Origin: Candidatus Parcubacteria bacterium
GTDB taxonomy: Bacteria > Patescibacteriota > Patescibacteriia > Magasanikbacterales > UBA922
Reading direction: 5' to 3'
Assembly (NCBI GenBank): GCA_002869205.1
Contig: PKTJ01000023.1
Coordinates: 1 to 48,440 of the forward strand
Length of the DNA stretch: 48,440 nt
A model generated the notes under the pieces. The model searched no databases. It had not been told where the DNA came from and was given only the letters and a program-made list of their open reading frames with translations. The translations under genes and the position numbers were made by a program. Positions 8,505-17,026 of this stretch are shown piece by piece (the stretch's first letter is position 1; every line of letters begins with the position of its first letter).

Positions 8505-8759
8505 ATGGAAAATCAATTATGTGATTCGTGTAGTTTACCACTGACACCAGATGTCGTGGCACCAAAGAATGTTACTCAGTGGAAGCTTTGTAAATATTGT
8601 GTAAAAGACGAGACAGGGGAGATGTGGTCACGTGAGGAAATACTAACGGGTATTCGAGATCATTTTTTCATTGCAGATCAGGGAATGGCAGAAGACGCTG
8701 CTCAGAGGGCTGCCGAAGAAGCATTGAAAAAAATGCCTGCGTGGAAAGATGCTGAGTAG
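8505..8759 (+). CDS. putative zinc-ribbon protein
   Basis: C-x2-C (CDSC) and C-x2-C (CKYC) pairs, followed by a helical acidic tail. Confidence 0.5.
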   Translation: MENQLCDSCSLPLTPDVVAPKNVTQWKLCKYCVKDETGEMWSREEILTGIRDHFFIADQGMAEDAAQRAAEEALKKMPAWKDAE

Positions 8760-8798
8760 ACTATTTATAATTCAAGAACCAATGTGTTTAATTATTAG

Positions 8799-8836
8799 AC
8801 CCCCTCTAACTCCCCCTATTAGGGGGAGGATTTTTT
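8799..8836 (+). repeat. family-C C-rich/G-rich hairpin motif (C1), probably acting as a terminator
   Basis: GACCCCCTCTAACTCCCCC-TATTA-GGGGGAGGATTTTTT. The same motif occurs at 38991-39022 and, inverted, at 39070-39105. Confidence 0.6.
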
Positions 8837-8895
8837 ATATAGAAGACTTTTTTAATTTTCAAAAATATGGTAAAATATAGTTCCTTAACTCACTT

Positions 8896-9005
8896 TGTCA
8901 TTTCGACCGAAACCCGAAGAGGTGAAGTGGAGGAATCTTTTTTCTAAATAAAATTTTCTTTTAGAAAGAGATCTCTCGACTCGCTATCGCTCGCTCGAGA
9001 TGACA
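8896..9005. repeat. family-B gene-less inverted doublet (MITE-like)
   Basis: The left unit TGTCATTTCGACC...GGAGGAATCTTTT and right unit AGAAAGAGATCTCTCGA...CTCGAGATGACA are inverted copies. The outer termini are TGTCATTTCGA and TGTCATCTCGA. They match the repeats flanking the GIY-YIG genes. Confidence 0.65.
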
Positions 9006-9019
9006 ATAATCGCGAATCT

Positions 9020-9607
9020 ATGTCTCGAGAAGTGATACTCGACATCGAAACCATTGGAGATATTCGAAATTTTGATAGTTTACAAATTACCGTTGTTTCT
9101 ATTTATGAATATGAAACAGATACATACAGATCTTTTTACGAAGAAGAACTTGGAGATTTGTGGCCAATACTCGAAAAATCAGAACGTCTCATAGGATTTA
9201 ATAGTGAACACTTCGATCTTCCTATCATGAATCGATACTATACAGGTGACTTACTTGGTTTCCCGCACCTCGATCTCCTCAAAGTTGTAAAGGAATCAAC
9301 GGGGAAACGATACAAGCTCGATGATCTTGCAAAAGCAACACTTGATAATGTATCAAAGAGTGCGAGCGGTCTTGAAGCGATAGAATGGTGGAAAGAAGGA
9401 CGCAAAGAAGATGTAAAAAAATATTGTGAACAAGATGTGAAGGTGACAAAAGAAGTGTATGAATATGGAAAGAAAAATCAGATGTTATATTTCCCAACAC
9501 TTACTGGAGAGATCCAACCGTTTGGTGTGAACTTTGATCCGCCACCAGAACCAATGAACGCGAGTGGTGAAGAGAGTGGGGGAATTAATATGACATTACC
9601 ACTTTAA
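9020..9607 (+). CDS. RNase H-like / DEDD 3'-5' exonuclease family protein
   Basis: Motifs LDIETIG (Exo I), FNSEHFDLPIM (Exo II) and YCEQDVKVT (Exo III, Y-type). Confidence 0.6.
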   Translation: MSREVILDIETIGDIRNFDSLQITVVSIYEYETDTYRSFYEEELGDLWPILEKSERLIGFNSEHFDLPIMNRYYTGDLLGFPHLDLLKVVKESTGKRYKLDDLAKATLDNVSKSASGLEAIEWWKEGRKEDVKKYCEQDVKVTKEVYEYGKKNQMLYFPTLTGEIQPFGVNFDPPPEPMNASGEESGGINMTLPL

Positions 9608-9722
9608 GTTGGTTAGTTTGTAAGTTTACTAGTTTTTATATTAAAAAGACCTTGATATTATCCAAGGTCTTTTTTGTTTCTAATAACTTGTTAACTGACC
9701 AACTTGCAAACTTGCAAACTTA
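9606..9722. repeat. family-D 8-nt-periodic AACTTG tracts as inverted arms around a bidirectional terminator
   Basis: Left arm AAGTTGGTTAGTTTGTAAGTTTACTAGTT and right arm AACTTGTTAACTGACCAACTTGCAAACTTGCAAACTT flank the hairpin GACCTTG-loop-CAAGGTC, which has A and T runs (9643-9676). The whole lies between convergent genes. Confidence 0.6.
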
Positions 9723-10403
9723 TTAAAATACCTCAAAATGTATGTCTTTCACATCTTTTCCATTATCAATCAAAATCTTTCTTACGTCTGTCACCATAGC
9801 AGGGGATCCGCAGAGGTAGAAATCAGAGTTACTTACTTCTTCTGGAATATGAGCCGAGACACGACCACCTAAACCTTTCCAAGAATCTTCTGGTTTTGAA
9901 AGTGTAATATCGTAGGTAAAGTTGTTGTGATTTTGAGCAAGGTTTTTTAAACGTTCTTGCCAAAAAATATCTGTCTCATGTTGTACACCAAAGAGAAGGT
10001 GGAGTTGTTTCTCAGAACCTTTTTTAAGTTCATTTTCAATCATTGACATGATTGGTGCAAGTCCTGCGCCTGTGGCAATAAAAAAGAGATCGTTGTTTGT
10101 ATTTTGGACAATAAATTTTCCATTTGCTTTTTTAAATTTGATTTCATCTCCTTCTCTACATGTTTTGAAAACATTTGAACCAAGGCCATTATCCAGAAGT
10201 TTGACACACAGTCCAATGTGGTCTTTGTCTGGAGTAGAGGAGATCGAATATGAGCGCAAGACTTCTTTACCATCTTGTTCAATAACGACCTGAATAAATT
10301 GCCCAGCATCAAATGTGAAGTCTTGAGGTTTTTCAATTTTAAGTTCCAAAACATTGTGGGTGAGCTCTGTTTTTTGTGTAATTTTAGATTTAAATGTATC
10401 CAT
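9723..10403 (-). CDS. ferredoxin-NADP reductase-like FAD/NAD(P)-binding oxidoreductase
   Basis: RSYSISS (FAD-binding R-x-Y-S), ATGAGLAP (NAD-binding G-x-G) and a C-terminal LCGSPAM. Confidence 0.75.
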   Translation of the reverse strand: MDTFKSKITQKTELTHNVLELKIEKPQDFTFDAGQFIQVVIEQDGKEVLRSYSISSTPDKDHIGLCVKLLDNGLGSNVFKTCREGDEIKFKKANGKFIVQNTNNDLFFIATGAGLAPIMSMIENELKKGSEKQLHLLFGVQHETDIFWQERLKNLAQNHNNFTYDITLSKPEDSWKGLGGRVSAHIPEEVSNSDFYLCGSPAMVTDVRKILIDNGKDVKDIHFEVF

Positions 10404-10472
10404 AGTGATTATTTGACAGAAAGAGTAAAATAATATATCATACTTCGCAAGTATACATTAATATATCACTTT

Positions 10473-10868
10473 ATGATTCACATGAGTAAACAAGTAGATT
10501 ATGCTATGCAACTACTTATTGCCTTGTCAAAGTTGGACAAAGAAACTTTTTTAAGTCTCCGTACCTTCTCTCAAGAGAGTAACATATCTTTTTTGTTTTT
10601 GCAAAGAATTGCACGTGCACTCAAGGAGGCGGGAATGGTAGACGCAGCACGTGGTGTACATGGCGGCTACTTTATGACACGTGATGCAAAAGGTATCAAT
10701 GTAAAAGAAGTGATTGAAACTGTCGATGGACCGTTTGGTATTACTTCGTGTACACGAGGCAAGCTTTGTCCGAGAAAAGGTAAGTGTACGAGTAAAAAAT
10801 TATTTGATAGTATCAATGTTAAAATCGAAAAAATTCTTACCCAGACACCAATTCTAGAAGTAAAATAA
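10473..10868 (+). CDS. Rrf2-family transcriptional regulator (IscR-like)
   Basis: The Rrf2 wHTH N-terminus (VDYAMQLLIALS.., ISFLFLQRIARALKEAGMV) and a C-terminal Cys cluster (C..C....C) sit directly upstream of the cysteine desulfurase. The start may be 10482. Confidence 0.8.
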   Translation: MIHMSKQVDYAMQLLIALSKLDKETFLSLRTFSQESNISFLFLQRIARALKEAGMVDAARGVHGGYFMTRDAKGINVKEVIETVDGPFGITSCTRGKLCPRKGKCTSKKLFDSINVKIEKILTQTPILEVK

Positions 10869-10869
10869 T

Positions 10870-12126
10870 ATGGTATTTCCTCAGAAACCAGAAGAAAAAA
10901 AATTGGTGTACCTGGATCACGCAGCAACAACTCCTACAGATGAGCGTGTAGTCGAAGCAATGCAACCATATTTCACTGAAAAGTTTGCAAATCCTTCGGG
11001 TCTTTATGCAATTGGTAGGGATGTGAATGGTGCTCTCAATGATGCACGTCGTAGTATTGCTCAATCACTCCACGCACTCCCAGACACCATCATCTTTACT
11101 GGTGGTGGTACTGAGTCAGACAATATGGCTATCTTTGGTGTAGCGCGAAAATACATAGACAAAGGCAAACATATTATTACCACAACGATTGAACATCATG
11201 CCGTTTTGCATTCATGTGAACAGCTTGAAAAAGAAGGGTTTGACGTGACGTATTTAGAACCAGATTCACAAGGATTTATTTCTCCAAAAAAAGTTACAGC
11301 AGCTCTACGAGAAGATACAATACTCGTGTCTATTATGTATGCGAATAACGAAGTGGGCACTATTGAGCCTATTGATGATATTGGAAGAGAAATTCTTAAA
11401 TGGAGAAAGAAGCACGCTACCAAATTTCCTTTTTTTCACACTGATGCGTGTCAAGCTCCTGGCGCATGTGAACTTGATGTTGAAAAGTTACATACTGATT
11501 TGTTGACACTCAACGGCAGTAAGATTTATGGACCAAAGGGTGTGGGGATTTTGTATAAACGTCGCAATGTTCAATTACAACCAATTATTTTTGGTGGCGG
11601 ACAAGAGATGCGTTTGCGTAGTGGTACCGAAAATGTTCCAGGTATTGTAGGGCTTGCAAAAGCATTGCAGCTTGCGCAAGAAAATAGCCAAGATGAAAAT
11701 ATGCGTCTTATTGATTTGCGAAATTATTTTTGGGATAGACTGGAAAAAGAAATACCAAAAGTCAGACTCAATGGTGCTGACTTGGGGTTGACACGATTGC
11801 CAAACAATTTGAATATATCAATTTTGGATATCGAAGGAGAAGCATTACTCTTGTATCTAGATGAATATGGAATTGTTTGTTCAACAGGGTCTGCATGTAC
11901 CTCAGACTCGCTCGATCCATCACACGTCTTGCTTGCGATGGGAATGCCGTATGAATATGCACACGGAAGTTTACGTTTTACCTTAGGTAAAACTACCACA
12001 AAAGAAGATGTAGATTATGTCATGACTTATTTGCCAGGAATTGTAGAAAAGCTTCGTCAAATTTCTCCTGTAAATCTGACACAAAATCCAAAAGAAAATA
12101 CTCATCCAAAGTATCATCAACGATAG
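10870..12126 (+). CDS. iscS: cysteine desulfurase (NifS/IscS class V aminotransferase)
   Basis: Full-length resemblance, including YLDHAATTP, GGTESDN, the PLP-lysine region LNGSKIYGPKG and the active-site loop SSGSACTS variant STGSACTSD. Confidence 0.9.
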   Translation: MVFPQKPEEKKLVYLDHAATTPTDERVVEAMQPYFTEKFANPSGLYAIGRDVNGALNDARRSIAQSLHALPDTIIFTGGGTESDNMAIFGVARKYIDKGKHIITTTIEHHAVLHSCEQLEKEGFDVTYLEPDSQGFISPKKVTAALREDTILVSIMYANNEVGTIEPIDDIGREILKWRKKHATKFPFFHTDACQAPGACELDVEKLHTDLLTLNGSKIYGPKGVGILYKRRNVQLQPIIFGGGQEMRLRSGTENVPGIVGLAKALQLAQENSQDENMRLIDLRNYFWDRLEKEIPKVRLNGADLGLTRLPNNLNISILDIEGEALLLYLDEYGIVCSTGSACTSDSLDPSHVLLAMGMPYEYAHGSLRFTLGKTTTKEDVDYVMTYLPGIVEKLRQISPVNLTQNPKENTHPKYHQR

Positions 12127-12129
12127 AAA

Positions 12130-12231
12130 CTATCCTGATATCCTGATAATCCAGATTTTCCGGATACAATATCCGTAAATCTGGATTATTCCCGTAGATG
12201 AATGCCCTAGGGGTATCTGGAAATCCGTATC
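12130..12231 (+). repeat. family-A ~100-bp palindrome-containing element (A2)
   Basis: It contains TAATCCAGATTTtCCGGAT-N5-ATCCGTAAATCTGGATTA plus the conserved tail CCCGTAGATGAATGCCCTAGGGGTATCTGGAAATCCGTATC. It fills the nifS-nifU gap. A near-identical inverted copy lies at 17027-17127. Confidence 0.8.
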
Positions 12232-12245
12232 TAAATTATAGTAGT

Positions 12246-12911
12246 ATGAATAAGTCTAAAGGAGCATCCATTAGAGATAATCAAGGTAACTCTTGGTTGT
12301 ATTCTGATACAGTAAAAGAACACTTTTTTAATCCAAAAAATATTTTGTTTGCTGGCGAAGAAGAGGATTATCATGCTGATGCAATGGGAAGAGTTGGTTC
12401 TCCTGCATGTGGAGATGAGATGGTGTTGTGGCTCAAAATTGACAAAGATAGTGAACGTATTACTGAATGCAAATGGCAAACATTTGGGTGTGGTAGTGCT
12501 ATTGCATCCACCTCTATGCTTTCTGTCATGCTTTCAGAAAATGGTGGTATGACACTCGTTGAAGCACTCAATGTAAAACCGCAAGATATTATGGAGCGTC
12601 TGGGTGGTTTGCCAAATCGCAAAATTCACTGTTCGGTACTTGGTGACAAGGCATTACAGTCTGCAATCAATGATTGGTTTCGCAAGATGGGACAACACGA
12701 CCGCGTAGTTACTCAAGGTACAAAAATTATTGATGAAGCATTGAATATTACTGATCATGATATAGAAGAAGCGGTGCTTGAAGGTGCTCAGACACTCGAA
12801 GATGTGCAGAAAAAATTGAAAGTCGGTGCAGCAAGCCCAGAATCTGTCCCAGAAATTGAACAACTTATTAGATTTTATAGTGAAAAATATTATGGAGAAA
12901 CCTTTATCTAA
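12246..12911 (+). CDS. nifU: NifU/IscU-type Fe-S cluster scaffold with C-terminal extension
   Basis: IscU domain with three conserved Cys (GSPACGD, FGCGSAIAS, HCSVLG). The start was moved to the Met at 12246 because the longer ORF reads through repeat A2. Confidence 0.8.
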   Translation: MNKSKGASIRDNQGNSWLYSDTVKEHFFNPKNILFAGEEEDYHADAMGRVGSPACGDEMVLWLKIDKDSERITECKWQTFGCGSAIASTSMLSVMLSENGGMTLVEALNVKPQDIMERLGGLPNRKIHCSVLGDKALQSAINDWFRKMGQHDRVVTQGTKIIDEALNITDHDIEEAVLEGAQTLEDVQKKLKVGAASPESVPEIEQLIRFYSEKYYGETFI

Positions 12912-13336
12912 ATCCCGAACGTATGTGAGGGATCTTTCTTAAAGAAAAATGTCTTATGTACAATATGTGGGGAAAACTAATTATTACGTTTATATTTTAG
13001 CCAGTCTTAGTGGTGTTATTTATGTAGGTTTTACTGATTGTCTTGTAAAGCGTATAAAACAACATAAAAATGGATTTTACAAGAATGCATTTACGAAAAA
13101 ATATAATGTGCATAAGCTTGTATATTGGGAGCATTTTTTTCAAGGCAAGATGCACTTGATAGAGAACGACAAATAAAGTCATATAATCGAAATAAAAAAA
13201 TTAATTTAATTGAAAAAGAGAATAAACATTGGAATGATCTTTATCCTTTCATTATAGAATTGTCTAAGAGGCGTCCAATAATTTAGTTAATTAGCTATGT
13301 CATCATCAGGAAAGATTCCTCGCTCTGCTCGGAATA
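12903..13336 (+). mobile_element. degenerate GIY-YIG element bounded by inverted family-B hairpin repeats
   Basis: The left repeat (..ATCCCGAACGTATGTGAGGGATCTTTCTT, 12903-12940) and right repeat (GAAAGATTCCTCGCTCTGCTCGGAAT, ~13309-13336) are inverted copies bracketing the frameshifted GIY-YIG gene. Confidence 0.55.
12949..13286 (+). pseudogene. GIY-YIG nuclease (COG2827/UPF0213-like) interrupted by a frameshift in a T7 run
   Basis: Frame 1 gives YYVYILAS..IYVGFT..RIKQHK..LVYWEHFF, then stops at 13176. A -1 shift at the T7 run (13134-13140) continues as SRQDALDRERQIKSYNRNKKINLIEKENKHWNDLY up to the stop at 13286. This is collinear with, and the same length as, the intact copy at 19765. Confidence 0.65.
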
Positions 13337-13605
13337 TTAAAATAGAAGTTTGTTGTGGAGGGAACTGTCTTGGTAGAGGTTCTCAAAAAGTACTTGATAC
13401 CTTGGAAAAAGAATTTGAAAGTGCACAGATGTGTGGATGTCTAGGAAATTGTGGTAAGGGTCCAAATGTTTTGGTTGACGAGAAAAAAATTTTGCACTAT
13501 AGTAATGAACATACAGTAGTTGAACGTGTTAAAAATAAAGAAGGGGAAATGTTTAAACGTTTTAATGAAGAAGAATTAACTGATGATTTTTTAAACGATA
13601 TATAA
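13297..13605 (+). CDS. thioredoxin-like [2Fe-2S] ferredoxin
   Basis: Cys pattern CCGGNC ... CGCLGNCGKGPNV, typical of NuoE-like 2Fe-2S ferredoxins. The first ~14 codons are encoded by the family-B repeat. Confidence 0.6.
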   Translation: MSSSGKIPRSARNIKIEVCCGGNCLGRGSQKVLDTLEKEFESAQMCGCLGNCGKGPNVLVDEKKILHYSNEHTVVERVKNKEGEMFKRFNEEELTDDFLNDI

Positions 13606-13607
13606 TT

Positions 13608-13901
13608 ATGTCAGATCAAGAACCAAAATTACCAGACAATCTTCCCGAAGATATTTCAATGAAAATAAAAAAAGGTGGAAAGATCCGTCGTATTGTGGTG
13701 GATAGGGAAGCATGTATTGGTGCACAGTCGTGTGTGGTAGTAGCACCAGGTGTGTTTCAGATGGATGATGAGAATCTGGCATATGTGACTGATCCAGACA
13801 GTACTGAGGACGATATGATCATGCTTGCGGCACAATCGTGTCCAGTGCTGTGTGTGCATCTCTACGATGAGAACGGAAAACAGATTTTTCCAGAAGAGTA
13901 G
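13608..13901 (+). CDS. single-cluster ferredoxin (3Fe-4S/4Fe-4S type)
   Basis: VDREACIGAQSCVVVAPGVFQMDD...AAQSCPV pattern of mono-cluster ferredoxins. Confidence 0.7.
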   Translation: MSDQEPKLPDNLPEDISMKIKKGGKIRRIVVDREACIGAQSCVVVAPGVFQMDDENLAYVTDPDSTEDDMIMLAAQSCPVLCVHLYDENGKQIFPEE

Positions 13902-13923
13902 GGTCGTGTAACAATTTTAAAAC

Positions 13924-13956
13924 AAAAAACAGTCTGTTTGCAGGCTGTTTTTTATT
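13924..13956 (+). terminator. intrinsic terminator (left copy of a duplicated terminator)
   Basis: ACAGTCTG-TTTG-CAGGCTGT followed by T6. The 16-nt CAGGCTGTTTTTTATT is repeated exactly at 14308-14323. Confidence 0.7.
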
Positions 13957-13997
13957 ATGATAAGATGGTGAAGATCTTAATCGCCAAAGAGGAGAAG

Positions 13998-14213
13998 ATG
14001 CCCGTAAACTACACCAGTTTCGGGAAAACCAGGTTCTGTCCTGGTTGTCAGGAGAACAAAACGGTCGAGACAGGTCTTGATACGAGAAGTGGCGAATACG
14101 TCCACAGATGTATCAAGGGTTCCTGTGAGTGTGAGTTTGTGGTCCGAGATGGACAGTCGGTCCGTTGGACCGAGCTCGCGCTTGTAGCGGACGAAACTCC
14201 CGACGCCACCTAG
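13998..14213 (+). CDS. orphan high-GC zinc-ribbon-like protein (71 aa)
   Basis: ATG at 13998 with an AGAGGAG SD. Cys/His pattern CPGC ... HRC..GSCEC. G/C-ending codons. A 10-bp GC hairpin (CCCTCGACGT/ACGTCGAGGG) lies downstream. Confidence 0.5.
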   Translation: MPVNYTSFGKTRFCPGCQENKTVETGLDTRSGEYVHRCIKGSCECEFVVRDGQSVRWTELALVADETPDAT

Positions 14214-14290
14214 GCGTCGTGACGTCACCGCGTCGACCAGATCGCAGCCCCTCGACGTCCGGAAACGTCGAGGGCATTCTCACAAATTAA

Positions 14291-14323
14291 AACAGCCTTG
14301 TTTATCACAGGCTGTTTTTTATT
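14291..14323. terminator. bidirectional terminator (right copy of the duplicated terminator)
   Basis: ACAGCCT-10 nt loop-AGGCTGT followed by T6 on the + strand and an A/T run on the other side. It also lies just after the clpB stop on the minus strand. Confidence 0.65.
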
Positions 14324-14344
14324 GAGATATAATAAATCGCGTCT

Positions 14345-16987
14345 TTACGTTATTTTTATTTTATTTTTTACCACATCAACTTTTGCATTATCTCCTTCAT
14401 CAATTTTCTTTTCAATGATCTGCATGGCAAGTGGGTCGAGTAGTTCTGTTTGAATGACACGTTTGAGTGGTCGTGCACCGAGATTTTCATCGTACCCTTT
14501 TTCTGCTAGCCAATCTTTTGCTTTTTTTGTAATCTCTAATTTTATTTTTTGTTCCTCAAGTCGTCTTGTTACCAATTCGAGTTGCAAGTCGACGATTGAT
14601 CTAATTTGTTCTTTTTCAAGTGTGTGGAATATGATTATTTCATCCACGCGGTTTAGAAATTCTGGTTTGAAGTGCTCACGAAGTTGATCCATAACACGAT
14701 CATTTATTTTTTCTTCTTTTTGTTTTGTTCCTTTCTTGCCACTGGTCTTGGCTTCAAACCCGAAGTCACCTTTGCGTCCGAGAGACACAATAAGTTCACT
14801 TGCAATGTTACTTGTCATGATAATGACCGTATTTTTAAAGTTGACTTTACGGCCCTTGGCATCTGTTAAATGTCCGTCTTCGAGAATTTGTAACATTACA
14901 TTGAACACATCGGGATGAGCCTTTTCTATCTCATCAAACAGAAGTACTGAGTATGGTTTGCGTCGAACCATTTCGGTAAGTTGCCCACCTTCGTCAAACC
15001 CAACATACCCAGGAGGGGAGCCAATCATTTTACTCACTGTATGTTTTTCCATATACTCACTCATGTCTACACGGATGAGAGAGTCTTCGTCATTAAATAG
15101 AAATTCTGCTAGAGTTTTTGCGAGTTCAGTTTTTCCTACACCAGTGGGCCCCATAAATATGAATGATCCAATAGGGCGTTTTTCTTCTGAAATACCTGCG
15201 CGACTTCTACGTATTGCATTGGAAACAGAGGTGATTGCTTCTGATTGACCAATGACACGTTTCTTTAACTCATCTTCCATCTTGGCAAGCTTTATCACTT
15301 CATCCTGGAGCATCTTACTCACAGGAATACCTGTCCAACGCGCAACAACACCAGCAATATCTTCTTCAGTTACTTCTTCTTTGAGAATACTTGATTTCTT
15401 TTGTAGGTCAGCAAGTTTTTCTTCGTATTTTTTTATCGCTTCTTCAATCATAGGAATTTTTCCATAGCGAAGTTCAGCCACCTTTTGGAGGTCACCTTTA
15501 CGTTCTTCTATTTCTGCTTCTTGTTTGAGCTTGTCAATTTGTTTTTTATTATCTCTAATTTTGGTGATGATTTCTTTTTCATTTTGCCATTTCATTTCAA
15601 TTTCTTTGCTTTGATCTTTGATATTCGCAAGTTCTTCTTTTAATTTTTTCTGACGTTCTTTACTGTCAGCATCTTTTTCTTTGTGTAGTGCCTTGAGTTC
15701 AATCTCGATTTTCATCATCTGACGTTTCATCTTATCGAGATTGTCTGGCATTGAGTCAATTTGCATTTTGAGAGCACTGGCTGCTTCATCAATGAGATCA
15801 ATTGCTTTGTCTGGGAGAAATCTATCAGTAATATAACGATTTGATAAGTGAACAGCAGAGACAAGAGATGGGTCAGTGATGCGAACACCGTGGTGTACTT
15901 CGTATTTTTCTTTGATACCACGTAGAATCGCAATCGCATCTTCTTCAGTAGGTTCAGTTACAAGTACTGGCTGGAAACGACGTTCAAAAGCTGCATCTTT
16001 TTCAATATGTTTTTGATATTCTTTGAGTGTGGTTGCACCAACCATATGCAGTTCGCCACGAGCAAGACCAGGTTTTAGCATGTTGCTTGCGTCCACCGCA
16101 CCTTCTGAACTACCCGCACCGACAATTGTGTGAAGTTCATCAATAAATAATATAATCTTGCCCTGTGCATCAGTAATCTCTTTGATCACTGCTTTGAAAC
16201 GCTCCTCAAACTCACCTCTAAACTTTGTTCCTGCAAGTAGGGAGCCAACATCAAGAGAAATAATTTCCTTATCTTTTAGATTTTCTGGTACATCTCCATT
16301 TACAATACGTTGCGCGAGCCCTTCTGCAATAGCAGTTTTACCAACACCTGGTTCACCAATAAGCACCGGATTATTTTTTGTGCGTCTCGTGAGCACTTGC
16401 ATCACACGACGGATTTCATCATCACGTCCAATCACTGGGTCGAGTTTTTCTTTTCGTGCACGTTCGGTTAAATTCAAACCATATTTTTCAAGCGCTTGAT
16501 ACGTACTTTCTGGAGTAGGGGAATCTACACGTTGAGTTCCACGAATGGTTTTGAGTACATTTAAAATATCGTCATACTGAACTTCCTGCCGTGAAAGTGC
16601 ATCGCTGACAGGATTTTTGTTTGTCATAAACGAGAGAAGCAGGTGTTCAACAGAAATAAAGTCATCCTTCATTTTTTTTGCTTCTTTGTCTGCGTTTTGT
16701 AATATATAGAGCATTGCTTGGCCGAGCATGACTTGTCCCATACCGCCAGCAGGCACCTGAGCCTGTTGTTTTGGTAGTTCATTTATCATGTTTTGGACAT
16801 CTTCTCGTAATTCTTCAATATTGGCACTTAATTTTTTAAAAATAGAAATCACCACACCCTCTTCTTGGTTGAGTAAGCTCAAAAACAGATGAGGTGGTTC
16901 AATCTGTGGTTGACCATTTTCATGGGCGAGTCCCTGAGCAGTCTGAATTGCTTCTTGGGATTTTTGTGTAAAGTTTTGAGGCATCAT
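14345..16987 (-). CDS. clpB: ATP-dependent chaperone/disaggregase ClpB
   Basis: 880 aa with a Clp N domain, two AAA+ modules (GEPGVGKT and GPTGVGKT Walker A), a long coiled-coil M domain and a ClpB-type C-terminus. Confidence 0.95.
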   Translation of the reverse strand: MMPQNFTQKSQEAIQTAQGLAHENGQPQIEPPHLFLSLLNQEEGVVISIFKKLSANIEELREDVQNMINELPKQQAQVPAGGMGQVMLGQAMLYILQNADKEAKKMKDDFISVEHLLLSFMTNKNPVSDALSRQEVQYDDILNVLKTIRGTQRVDSPTPESTYQALEKYGLNLTERARKEKLDPVIGRDDEIRRVMQVLTRRTKNNPVLIGEPGVGKTAIAEGLAQRIVNGDVPENLKDKEIISLDVGSLLAGTKFRGEFEERFKAVIKEITDAQGKIILFIDELHTIVGAGSSEGAVDASNMLKPGLARGELHMVGATTLKEYQKHIEKDAAFERRFQPVLVTEPTEEDAIAILRGIKEKYEVHHGVRITDPSLVSAVHLSNRYITDRFLPDKAIDLIDEAASALKMQIDSMPDNLDKMKRQMMKIEIELKALHKEKDADSKERQKKLKEELANIKDQSKEIEMKWQNEKEIITKIRDNKKQIDKLKQEAEIEERKGDLQKVAELRYGKIPMIEEAIKKYEEKLADLQKKSSILKEEVTEEDIAGVVARWTGIPVSKMLQDEVIKLAKMEDELKKRVIGQSEAITSVSNAIRRSRAGISEEKRPIGSFIFMGPTGVGKTELAKTLAEFLFNDEDSLIRVDMSEYMEKHTVSKMIGSPPGYVGFDEGGQLTEMVRRKPYSVLLFDEIEKAHPDVFNVMLQILEDGHLTDAKGRKVNFKNTVIIMTSNIASELIVSLGRKGDFGFEAKTSGKKGTKQKEEKINDRVMDQLREHFKPEFLNRVDEIIIFHTLEKEQIRSIVDLQLELVTRRLEEQKIKLEITKKAKDWLAEKGYDENLGARPLKRVIQTELLDPLAMQIIEKKIDEGDNAKVDVVKNKIKIT

Positions 16988-17026
16988 ACGTTTGTCTTTG
17001 TATAAAAAAATATTTTTGAATATTGA

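Noticed and set aside
12198-12245. N-terminal extensions of nifU (12198), gltX (20094), the second M23 peptidase (21466), the helicase (47712), lysS (36297), thpR (17196) and the island ORFs (7576, 13938, 18928, 4959)
   Set aside because: The extensions read through dispersed repeats, promoters or the preceding gene. Several start at non-ATG codons. Internal Met codons align with the conserved N-termini of the families.
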